64,000 bases of DNA from a virus. Below the pieces are notes generated by a model. It saw only the letters and a list, made by a program, of their open reading frames with translations. It ran no database searches and was not told where the DNA came from. Each line of letters starts with the position of its first letter. Position 1 is the stretch's first letter. The stretch lies in IMG/VR virus record IMGVR_UViG_3300048920_000015, positions 1-64,000 of that record; one strand, given 5' to 3'. Of this stretch, positions 32,513-39,719 are shown in pieces. The translations under genes and the position numbers were made by a program.

Positions 32513-32874
32513 TTTAATGGGGGTTCATGCTAACGACAGCTCGGTGCATTGCCAGCGTCCGTCACACAGATACGTCTCAACGTGTATCCAAGATTTGGAG
32601 AAGCTTTGTAGCGATACTGGTTAAAACTTTAAAAGGTTGAAGTGGCTCGAAAGCCCTTAATCTTTTAGCTTTGCAGCTTTCCTATTTGAGCTTTGATCTT
32701 AGTCAGTGCGTTGGTTCGGCGCCGTATAGCGACGGTCGCCAAACAATCAAATGCGATTGATTTTAGATTACTAATCCAATAATAGGCTCCCCAGATATAC
32801 CCCCGAGGAATGGGTTGCGTGAATTTAGGCAATTCGTCGCAGCATGAGAAACTTGTTACGCTAGACAGAGGCTG

Positions 32875-33492
32875 TTAAGCCTCGATCAAAGTCTTGGCGT
32901 TAGCCTCAGACAGAGCGAAGTCAACCTCAAACAAGAAGCCGTTGATGTCAGCTTCCAGCTTCAAGATCACAGCTTCCAGACCGTTAGGGTCAAGTGGGGC
33001 GGTGACGTTCGAAGCGGTGTATGGCTTGCTGATAGCTTCCAGCTCTTCTTCTGTAGCTTTGCGTTCCTTACCAACAGCAGCTTGGAGCATGGTGTCGATA
33101 CGGCCCTGCATTTGAACGTTGTTACGTTCAACAACAGAACGTGCTTGGTTCAACTGCTGGGTTAGTACAGACAACAGAGCACGCTCTTTGTCGATGCTAC
33201 CCTTACGCTCAATGGCCTCAGCCACGGTCAACTCTTTCCCGTTGATGGTGACAGTAGCCACAGCATTCGAACGGATGATTGCCGTCTTGACTGCTTGACG
33301 GCGAGCGATCAGGTCAGTAACCGATTGCAGGTTTGCCCTCAACTGGTTTTGAGCAGTCTGGAGGTCTTGACCATTGGTGGTTTTGCCACCAACAGTAACT
33401 GTTACGAATACGGCCTGTCGAGTGGCTTTCTCGATACGGTCGTTCAGGGATTTTACTTCAGCCAAAGCGCGTGTAATGGAAATCTGTGCCAT
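32875..33492 (-). CDS. hypothetical coiled-coil protein, 205 aa
   Basis: Track ORF trimmed to MAQISITRALAE (AAGGAG RBS, promoter at 33524..33552). Confidence 0.65.
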   Translation of the reverse strand: MAQISITRALAEVKSLNDRIEKATRQAVFVTVTVGGKTTNGQDLQTAQNQLRANLQSVTDLIARRQAVKTAIIRSNAVATVTINGKELTVAEAIERKGSIDKERALLSVLTQQLNQARSVVERNNVQMQGRIDTMLQAAVGKERKATEEELEAISKPYTASNVTAPLDPNGLEAVILKLEADINGFLFEVDFALSEANAKTLIEA

Positions 33493-33523
33493 TTGTTTCT
33501 CTCCTTTGATATTTGATTTGAGA

Positions 33524-33552
33524 AGTGTAACAGCGATTTTACTCGCTGTCAA
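33524..33552 (-). promoter_or_regulatory. sigma70-type promoter TTGACA-17-TACACT
   Basis: Overlaps the 3' end of 33539..33778. Confidence 0.6.
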
Positions 33553-33778
33553 CCACTAATTGAGCTTTGAATAGGTAATCTTGCGTGGAGCCATCTGCCA
33601 GATAGAAGTGGACGCCACCGTTGGAGCAGTCAACGGTCATACACTCTGCAACGTCCCAACCCACGATCTTGGCGATGTGGGGCAGAAGGACAGCATCATT
33701 GAACTGAAGGCAGAAAACATCAACCTCATCCCAGCTCGCCCACGATGAACAGAACTGATGCTCGATACCCTTACTCAT
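33539..33778 (-). CDS. hypothetical protein, 79 aa
   Basis: Track ORF. Confidence 0.55.
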   Translation of the reverse strand: MSKGIEHQFCSSWASWDEVDVFCLQFNDAVLLPHIAKIVGWDVAECMTVDCSNGGVHFYLADGSTQDYLFKAQLVVDSE

Positions 33779-34113
33779 GCCAGAGCCTCCTTGTTGAGCA
33801 CTTTGTACATTGTGTTGCGAGTTTCGATGTAAACTTCACCATCGACCTCAACAACCTGCTTGACAGTAGAGGTGCGGACACGATCACCATCAAGGAAGAT
33901 GCCACGAGAGTCGTTGAAGATATGGCCGTGGGCCACGGTCGAGCCGGGGAACATCTCAGTGTCGAAACGACTGAAACGCATCTCAGCTACAAACTTATCC
34001 GCTGGCAGAGCGTCTTCAGTCAGGATACGCCACGAAGAATCACCGAAGACCTCTTTCACCAGATTTACATCACCAGAGTTGATCAAGTCTTCCAGATTTA
34101 TTGCACCGTGCAT
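33775..34113 (-). CDS. hypothetical protein, 112 aa
   Basis: Track ORF. Confidence 0.6.
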   Translation of the reverse strand: MHGAINLEDLINSGDVNLVKEVFGDSSWRILTEDALPADKFVAEMRFSRFDTEMFPGSTVAHGHIFNDSRGIFLDGDRVRTSTVKQVVEVDGEVYIETRNTMYKVLNKEALA

Positions 34114-34121
34114 AAAGCCTC

Positions 34122-34442
34122 CTATTTGGCGTTGTTCAGGATTGCAAAAGGGTTGTCGTCAATCCATATAGACACTTTGATGCCCTTGCTTTCCATGTAT
34201 GTTTGTTTTGCTTGACCGGAAGTGTAGTACACCTTGAAGCCTCTGTCAACTAGAAATTTCAAATCTTCTGGGTAGGTTGTTGGAGTCCTCCATGTGCACA
34301 CAACTACATGATAGCCACCCTTCTCAAGTGCCAACATAACCTGTAGCCAAAGAGTTTCATTGTCACTAATCGTCTCATCAAAGTCGAAAGCAACGATCTT
34401 AGGTTCAAGGCACTGGAACTCTTGCCTCTCCCATCCGCTCAC
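34122..34442 (-). CDS. HAD-superfamily phosphatase-like protein, 106 aa
   Basis: Motif I VAFDFDET (DxDxT) and C-terminal WIDDNP (DD). Confidence 0.55.
   Translation of the reverse strand: MSGWERQEFQCLEPKIVAFDFDETISDNETLWLQVMLALEKGGYHVVVCTWRTPTTYPEDLKFLVDRGFKVYYTSGQAKQTYMESKGIKVSIWIDDNPFAILNNAK
34221..34249 (-). promoter_or_regulatory. possible internal promoter TTGACA-17-TACACT
   Basis: Same hexamers as 33524..33552, but inside the HAD-like gene. Confidence 0.4.
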
Positions 34443-34633
34443 TGAAACCTCAACATAGCAGTTTCCAGTTGACGAACAATACCATCACTCGACACTTGAC
34501 GCAAGACTCGCAGGGCGAACTCACTGCTAGTCTCATGAACTGCTGGATGCATATTGTAACCCAAATCCTGCAACACAGATGTACGCTCGCTAACACGCAG
34601 AGCTTTGAATGCCGCCATCAGTTCGTTGTTCAT
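34439..34633 (-). CDS. hypothetical protein, 64 aa
   Basis: Track ORF trimmed to MNNELMAAF. ATGA overlap with the upstream stop. Confidence 0.5.
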   Translation of the reverse strand: MNNELMAAFKALRVSERTSVLQDLGYNMHPAVHETSSEFALRVLRQVSSDGIVRQLETAMLRFQ

Positions 34634-34842
34634 TTGTATTCTCCATTCCTGTACTTCATGATCAAGTGCATTCTTTGGCACTCATAACCAATGGGAATTC
34701 CCACTGAACCTTTCAACACCTTACCATTTCCACCAGCCCTGATGCAAGCCATTTTCTGATCATCATAGTGGTTGACCCTAACGATGAACATAGAGCCAAA
34801 CATCAAAACTGCAAACAATACTAACCCGATTGTAAATTTCAC
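34630..34842 (-). CDS. small membrane/secreted protein, 70 aa, N-terminal TM
   Basis: Track ORF. MKFTIGLVLFAVLMFGSMFIV. Confidence 0.55.
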   Translation of the reverse strand: MKFTIGLVLFAVLMFGSMFIVRVNHYDDQKMACIRAGGNGKVLKGSVGIPIGYECQRMHLIMKYRNGEYK

Positions 34843-35270
34843 ACATGAACCCTGTAGGCAAGCTTAACCCGACGACGCGGTTTGTAAGAGTGGTCATGCA
34901 CGATTCCATCGATGATTGCAAGGGCGTGTCCTGATACAAACACCCAATAGCGACCTTCAGGGTAACGCTTCAAGAAGTTCCCAATTGTCATGTGATGCTC
35001 AGTGTCTTTGGTTCCCCACAGCTTGTCCATTTTCGTTTTAGGGCAGAGAGCCACTGCGTTGTCACAATGCTTCCACGAAGGACCACCACGAGATGGGCGC
35101 TTGAACATCTTACGTAAATGAGTGCGGGCGGCCTCATAAGGGGCACCCCAAACCTCACAGAAAGATATCACTGTGCAGTCATTAGTCTCTTTAAGACGCT
35201 TACGCTCTGCCATGTACTTTGGGTAGCTGTAGTGGAACGGTTCAGCCTTTACGATTGCCTCTTCAGTCAT
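34839..35270 (-). CDS. hypothetical protein, 143 aa (possible Cys-His peptidase-like: NDC...GHA)
   Basis: Track ORF. Motif reading is tentative. Confidence 0.6.
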   Translation of the reverse strand: MTEEAIVKAEPFHYSYPKYMAERKRLKETNDCTVISFCEVWGAPYEAARTHLRKMFKRPSRGGPSWKHCDNAVALCPKTKMDKLWGTKDTEHHMTIGNFLKRYPEGRYWVFVSGHALAIIDGIVHDHSYKPRRRVKLAYRVHV

Positions 35271-35391
35271 CCATCAAGTCCTCAATGATATAGTCGCCAA
35301 GTGTTTTGTTGTGTCCGTCTTTACTGTCTTCCTCAGTGCAGCCCAGAATCATACACGAAGACAGGATACAGATCAAGATAAATTTTTTCAT
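35263..35391 (-). CDS. mini-lipoprotein, 42 aa (MKKFILICILSSCMILG|CTEEDSKDGH...)
   Basis: Hand-translated. AGGAG RBS. Lipobox I-L-G-C. 8-nt overlap with the next gene. Confidence 0.5.
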   Translation of the reverse strand: MKKFILICILSSCMILGCTEEDSKDGHNKTLGDYIIEDLMDD

Positions 35392-35722
35392 ATTCACTCC
35401 TAATGGTTGGCACATATTTTGCCCTATCCAAAATCAGTTTCGTATTGTCGAGACAAACCCATCCCAAGACTCGCCATACGAATTTAATCGCCTAAGACGT
35501 GTCTTTGGGTTTGTCCCTGTGCTATCCAAAATTCAGATCGCAAGCCGGCATCATGTGATGCTGTGTCTTAACAGACACGACTGAGAGCCTTCCCTCTATA
35601 GAGGTCATCGCTGTACTGTTCTCTCATTCAACCTCAGCAGCCCCAACAGCTTACCTCTTCATAGGGCGTGTTTCCGCAGGTCGGTGAGTGAGGCTTTCGC
35701 CCGACATGTCTCCCCTGCGACG
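35392..35722 (-). promoter_or_regulatory. 330-nt non-coding structured leader between promoter 35729..35756 and the first minus-strand gene
   Basis: No ORF. Nested 5' hairpin with a GGC-GAAA-GCC tip (35675..35719). 10-bp long-range inverted repeat 35452..35461 / 35506..35515. Hairpin 35563..35578. Palindrome 35593..35604. Direct repeats CTATCCAAAAT at 35424 and 35522. Confidence 0.5.
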
Positions 35723-35728
35723 TGATGA

Positions 35729-35756
35729 ATCGTAACACAGAAACTTTTTCTGTCAA
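35729..35756 (-). promoter_or_regulatory. sigma70-type promoter TTGACA-16-TACGAT, back to back with the plus-strand promoter
   Basis: The two -35 boxes form the palindrome TGTCAAgggtgTTGACA (35751..35767). Confidence 0.5.
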
Positions 35757-35761
35757 GGGTG

Positions 35762-35789
35762 TTGACAGCTTTCTAGATTCCTGTAGACT
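35762..35789 (+). promoter_or_regulatory. sigma70-type promoter TTGACA-16-TAGACT driving the plus-strand cassette
   Basis: Read on the plus strand, 35 nt upstream of the AAAGGAG RBS. Confidence 0.65.
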
Positions 35790-35823
35790 GCGAACCCTCA
35801 AAACACACAAAGGAGATTCAAAA

Positions 35824-36174
35824 ATGTCTAAAGTTACTATCGCTACTGCTGTACTCGCTGGTCTGGCTATCTCTGACCGTCTGCAAGAGCTGACCATCGT
35901 TGATGATGTGCTCTTCGAAGAAGTGGGCAATCTGGCAGGTGCTCTGGGTGCTGTAATGCAACTGATAGAGCAAGTTGACGTTGCCACCGGCATCGTACTG
36001 TCTGCTGTTGAGGCTTCTGATCAAGCCACTGCACTGAAGGGTTTGACAGCTATCAAAGCTGTAACTTCTGATCTGGTTTCTGATCAGGACAAGGTTAACG
36101 CTGCTTTGGGTATGACTGAAGAAGAGCAAGCAATCTTCGCTCTGATGGCTGCCCTCGGGATGATGAAACGCTGA
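35824..36174 (+). CDS. acidic Ala/Val/Leu-rich helical protein, 116 aa, unknown function, apparently highly expressed
   Basis: Track ORF trimmed to MSKVTIAT. Has a strong promoter, AAAGGAG RBS, major-codon bias (ctg/cgt/ggt/gct) and its own terminator. Confidence 0.7.
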   Translation: MSKVTIATAVLAGLAISDRLQELTIVDDVLFEEVGNLAGALGAVMQLIEQVDVATGIVLSAVEASDQATALKGLTAIKAVTSDLVSDQDKVNAALGMTEEEQAIFALMAALGMMKR

Positions 36175-36181
36175 AGCAACT

Positions 36182-36207
36182 AGCCCCTCGATCAAGAGGG
36201 GCATTTT
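36182..36207 (+). terminator. rho-independent terminator (GCCCCTC/GAGGGGC plus ATTTT)
   Basis: 8 nt after the stop of 35824..36174. Confidence 0.6.
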
Positions 36208-36230
36208 ACGCCAATTTTAAGGAGATTTAA

Positions 36231-37373
36231 ATGACTGAACGTTCTCTAGCTCGCGTTGTTCTGATTGACCAGCTTTTGCCAATCGAAGGTGCTGACCGAA
36301 TTGAACTGGCGCTCATCGGCGGATGGCAAGTCGTTGTGCAGAAGGGTTTGTACGAACCAGCTCTGACGAAGGCTGTCTACTTCGAAGTGGATTCTTTGCT
36401 TGACACGGAACGTCCATACTTCGCTGATGCTGCAAACTGGAGTTCTAAACTGCTCCACAGCATTGATGGTCGAACTCATGCACGTGTCAAAACCATGAAG
36501 CTGCGTAAGCAACTCTCGCAGGGCTACATGATCCCGTTGACTGAGACTGGCTTGACTGCTCAGGTTGGTGACGATCTTACCAAGGCTCTCGGCGTTGTCA
36601 AGTACGAGAAGGCTGAAGAAGCCAGCATGAATAACACTGGTGGCATGGGCGTCAAGACTGGTGTTTCTACGTTGGGCTTTCCAAAGTTCATCCCGAAGAC
36701 TGACCAAACACGTGTGCAAAACATTACCAACCTGTACTTGAAGGCTGTTGCCGATGGAGAAGAATTTGAGGAATCTTTCAAGCTTGACGGAAGCTCTCTT
36801 ACTGCGTTTGTTCGTGACGGCGTGGCTGGTGTGGCTAGCCGTAACGTGGGCTTTCGGATGGAAGACGAAAAGCGTGGCTTCCTTTCTACTCTTTCTCGCT
36901 TCGTTAGCCATGTGCGGAGTCGTGGTCTACGTGCTGCAAAGTGGGAGCGTGTAATCAAGAAAGACGATAACTCTTTCACACAGATGGCTACTGAAGCTGG
37001 CTTGATTGAAGCTATTCGTCGTGACGGTCGAAACCTTGCCATTCAGGGTGAGATGTGTGGACCGTCTATCCAAAAGAACTTTGAGGGTTTGGACAAGAAC
37101 ACATTCTTCTGCTACGATGTGTTCCTGATTGACGAACAGCGCTACATGTTGCCAGAGGAACGCATCAAGTTCTGCACTGATCAAGGCGTAAAACACGTTC
37201 CAGTAAACTACACTGGTCCGCTGAAAGCCCCAACAGTTGCCGAAGTTTTGGCACGTGCAGATGGCCCAAGCGGCTTGAAAGGTAAGTTCCGTGAAGGCTT
37301 CGTTTACAAGAGCACTAAGCGTGACTTCTCGTTCAAAGCCATCAGCAACGCTTACCTGTTGAAGGAGGAATAA
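36231..37373 (+). CDS. ATP-dependent RNA ligase, Rnl5/DRB0094-like with N-terminal OB-like domain, 380 aa
   Basis: Motif I FKLDGSS (KxDG), SRN, AIQGEMCGPSIQ, and REGFVYKS...SFKAIS. N-terminal LPIEGADRIELALIGGWQVVVQKG. Confidence 0.75.
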   Translation: MTERSLARVVLIDQLLPIEGADRIELALIGGWQVVVQKGLYEPALTKAVYFEVDSLLDTERPYFADAANWSSKLLHSIDGRTHARVKTMKLRKQLSQGYMIPLTETGLTAQVGDDLTKALGVVKYEKAEEASMNNTGGMGVKTGVSTLGFPKFIPKTDQTRVQNITNLYLKAVADGEEFEESFKLDGSSLTAFVRDGVAGVASRNVGFRMEDEKRGFLSTLSRFVSHVRSRGLRAAKWERVIKKDDNSFTQMATEAGLIEAIRRDGRNLAIQGEMCGPSIQKNFEGLDKNTFFCYDVFLIDEQRYMLPEERIKFCTDQGVKHVPVNYTGPLKAPTVAEVLARADGPSGLKGKFREGFVYKSTKRDFSFKAISNAYLLKEE

Positions 37374-37510
37374 TGGTTATCAAAGATCGTTTGAATACAA
37401 CTTGCAGTAAGTGTAAATCTGGGGTGTTCGTAGAACTCTCAGTCACCTACACTTGCCGAGTAGTGTGCTCTCACTGCAAAGCAATCTTTGACAGGTTTGA
37501 AACCAAATAG
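37373..37510 (+). CDS. zinc-ribbon mini-protein, 45 aa (CSKC...CSHC)
   Basis: Hand-translated. TAATG overlap with the ligase stop. The GGAGG inside the ligase 3' end serves as RBS. Confidence 0.5.
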   Translation: MVIKDRLNTTCSKCKSGVFVELSVTYTCRVVCSHCKAIFDRFETK

Positions 37511-37518
37511 GGGGTTGT

Positions 37519-37710
37519 ATGGTTCAAGTTGTACAGGCTGCACCAGCTAAGCGTTGTACTTGCTATCACTGTGGTAGTGTTCTTGAGTACAACTACCATG
37601 ACATTACTGAAGAGTATGTACGTGATTATACTGGTAGTGGCGACACTTACTATCGTATCATCTGCCCAGTTTCTTCACTGAAGAACAACGTCTCACGCTG
37701 GAAGAAATAG
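37519..37710 (+). CDS. Cys-containing mini-protein, 63 aa (CTCYHC...CP)
   Basis: Track ORF. GGGGG RBS. Confidence 0.55.
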   Translation: MVQVVQAAPAKRCTCYHCGSVLEYNYHDITEEYVRDYTGSGDTYYRIICPVSSLKNNVSRWKK

Positions 37711-37715
37711 CAGGC

Positions 37716-37758
37716 AAACAAAAGGCCCGGAGCATCACTGCTTACGGGCCTTCATTCT
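37716..37758. terminator. bidirectional terminator at the convergence point (GGCCCG/CGGGCC, T-rich on both sides)
   Basis: Stem 37724..37729 / 37745..37750. Overlaps the stop of 37735..38058. Confidence 0.6.
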
Positions 37759-38058
37759 TTCTCTAACATCATCAATGTCACGTTTAATCCCTTTAACGTC
37801 ATCGTCCAGCAAGTCGGTTTTCTTGTTGCTGATGAACTGCAAAGCAGTTAGTTGTTCTTGCAGATTATTAATCTTCGACTCATACTTCCTATCAATGGCC
37901 GAAAGCTGTCTCTGATAATCCTGCTTCGTTACTTCCAACTCTAACTGACCTGTTTTATTATTGTACACAGGGAAGGCCAGTAGACAAATGCAAACAAGGA
38001 GAGCTGCCAGAAGACCACCAACGGCAGTAATTAGAGGCCATTCCGTTTTCCTTGTCAT
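37735..38058 (-). CDS. type II membrane protein with coiled coil, 107 aa
   Basis: Track ORF. N-terminal TM followed by a heptad-rich region. Last gene of the lysis region. Confidence 0.6.
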   Translation of the reverse strand: MTRKTEWPLITAVGGLLAALLVCICLLAFPVYNNKTGQLELEVTKQDYQRQLSAIDRKYESKINNLQEQLTALQFISNKKTDLLDDDVKGIKRDIDDVRERMKARKQ

Positions 38059-38072
38059 GTTTACACCTTCTT

Positions 38073-38372
38073 TTATTTCTTGCTTGTAGACCTGTCCTCA
38101 AGTTTGTCCATTACACGCTCTAGATACTTGTTAGTGATTTGTTGTTCACTACGGAGACTTGTGATCTTAGTATCCATTTCGGCAGACAATCTGTTGATTG
38201 CAGAGTTTAGTTTGTCTTCTGTTACAGTGGTTGCTTGAAGTGTGTAAAGTCTGTCATCAAGTTTGTTGATTTGAGACTGTTGATATCCAACAACCCCCAC
38301 ACAAATCATTAGCAAAGCCCCTGCTACATAGTTGAGTACGGCCTTGACCATATCATTTGTTGAGGTTGCCAT
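38073..38372 (-). CDS. type II membrane protein with coiled coil, 99 aa
   Basis: Track ORF. Same architecture as 37735..38058. Confidence 0.6.
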   Translation of the reverse strand: MATSTNDMVKAVLNYVAGALLMICVGVVGYQQSQINKLDDRLYTLQATTVTEDKLNSAINRLSAEMDTKITSLRSEQQITNKYLERVMDKLEDRSTSKK

Positions 38373-38646
38373 AAATTTTCTCCTGCTGTTCTAACCAATC
38401 TTTGTACGACTGGATTCTGTTATTGCATTTCCATACTTCATATGTGTTGGTCACATAAGCGTGAGCCAATGCACGAACAGTGTCTTCCGTAACACGTTCT
38501 GGTTTGCACAGTTCCAAGTATTCACTTGGAGGGTGTAGCACAACCGTCTTTGTCACCGTAACAGTAGGCTTGGTCGAGCAAGCGCATAGTGTCAGGACTA
38601 AGGCGATCATCATCAGCAAAGCTCTGAGGCTTCGTAGGAGCTGCAT
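38353..38646 (-). CDS. o-spanin (outer-membrane lipoprotein), 97 aa, overlapped architecture
   Basis: Signal peptide ...LVLTLCA|C lipobox. Starts inside the 3' end of the i-spanin gene in another frame. Confidence 0.65.
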   Translation of the reverse strand: MQLLRSLRALLMMIALVLTLCACSTKPTVTVTKTVVLHPPSEYLELCKPERVTEDTVRALAHAYVTNTYEVWKCNNRIQSYKDWLEQQEKIYGNLNK

Positions 38647-38932
38647 TAGCTTTCTCCTTGATAGTCAGTGTGGGTAGGGCATTGATCGAGTCTCCAGTGT
38701 CCTTCTGGCTATCCTCTAAGGCTTTCTGATTGGCGTAATACTTGTTCAGGCTGTCAACCGTGACCAAACAGGACTCTTCAGCATCTTCCTTAGCCTTGAG
38801 ATTCGTCTCAGCGGCTGTCTTGTATGTGAACACTTCCAATTCCATCTTCTGCAACTGGTTGTATTCGTAATATGCGAAGCCACCACAGGCAACAACAATC
38901 ATAAGCAAAATACCAATGATGTAGTTAACCAT
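38522..38932 (-). CDS. i-spanin, 136 aa (N-terminal TM plus periplasmic coiled coil)
   Basis: MVNYIIGILLMIVVACGGFAYY TM followed by a charged helical region. Its position follows the holin. Confidence 0.6.
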   Translation of the reverse strand: MVNYIIGILLMIVVACGGFAYYEYNQLQKMELEVFTYKTAAETNLKAKEDAEESCLVTVDSLNKYYANQKALEDSQKDTGDSINALPTLTIKEKANAAPTKPQSFADDDRLSPDTMRLLDQAYCYGDKDGCATPSK

Positions 38933-39155
38933 GACAGTGGCCCTCATGTTCCATGTCTTCTAGTTGTTCGTTGCCAAACTTACCAATAGCCCAGATGGTT
39001 CCGAATACAGCAGCGTTACCTACAAGCACAGGAGTGGTTAGCGAGCCAGAAAATACGCCAAGAACAGCGAATGCTGCTGTGGCAACTGCAATCATAGCGT
39101 TTGTAGCCATGACGTAAGAAGACATGTGCTCCTTCAGGTGTGCTTTGATAGTCAT
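38925..39155 (-). CDS. holin / pinholin candidate, 76 aa, 2 TM
   Basis: Two TM helices, a charged C-terminus and several N-terminal Met codons. Directly downstream of a SAR endolysin. Confidence 0.55.
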   Translation of the reverse strand: MTIKAHLKEHMSSYVMATNAMIAVATAAFAVLGVFSGSLTTPVLVGNAAVFGTIWAIGKFGNEQLEDMEHEGHCHG

Positions 39156-39706
39156 TATCTTGCTCCAGACATTACGTCAATAAAGTCGCCATCTTTGTAG
39201 GAATCAAAAATCCTGTTTGCTTCATCAATGGCCTGTTTGTTATTACCGAGGCAGACTTCCATTTCAGCCTTCCTACGGTTTGTCAATCCTGCGACAGTCT
39301 TACCACCAGCTTTGTTATACCTCATCAAGAACTGACAAGCTTGAACTGGCTTACCTTCGTTGAGAAGTTTAAGTGGTGTTCCTCTTTGCCAAGTTCCTTC
39401 ACCCACGTTGTACACAAAGGAAGTGAATGCAGCCTCTTGACCAACGGTCATTTCAACTTTTACATACTTCTTCATCTTAGCGTTATAATTGACCAGCTCT
39501 TTTGCAAGTTCGTCAGTACATTGATCGTCTGTTTTTGGTTTAACTCTGTCAACATTGTTAGTGTTGCCATAGCATTGTGTCCAAACACCAACAATGTCTT
39601 TGTATGCGACATTCTCTTTTCCCTCCCAAGGGGCAATCAAAGTGCCCCCGGCAAGGATCAGAGATGCCGATAGTCCAACAGCGGCTAGCCTCTGTTTAAT
39701 ACTCAT
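39155..39706 (-). CDS. SAR endolysin, GH24 lysozyme, 183 aa
   Basis: E-x8-D-x5-T catalytic triad (WEGKENVAYKDIVGVWT). N-terminal weakly hydrophobic Gly/Ala-rich signal-anchor-release segment. Confidence 0.8.
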   Translation of the reverse strand: MSIKQRLAAVGLSASLILAGGTLIAPWEGKENVAYKDIVGVWTQCYGNTNNVDRVKPKTDDQCTDELAKELVNYNAKMKKYVKVEMTVGQEAAFTSFVYNVGEGTWQRGTPLKLLNEGKPVQACQFLMRYNKAGGKTVAGLTNRRKAEMEVCLGNNKQAIDEANRIFDSYKDGDFIDVMSGAR

Positions 39707-39719
39707 TTATAGTCTCCTA

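Noticed and set aside
35675-35719. Resemblance of GGGCGAAAGCCTCAC to the GCAAAGCC core of c-di-GMP-I (GEMM-I) riboswitches.
   Set aside because: Only a short GNRA-hairpin similarity is present. The second hairpin and tetraloop-receptor features could not be found. It needs a covariance-model scan before any such claim.
35634-35993. 119-aa minus-strand ORF spanning the leader and the start of the plus-strand cassette.
   Set aside because: It crosses both divergent promoters and overlaps a strongly supported plus-strand gene. It has a Ser/Thr/Cys/Arg-rich odd composition and no RBS.
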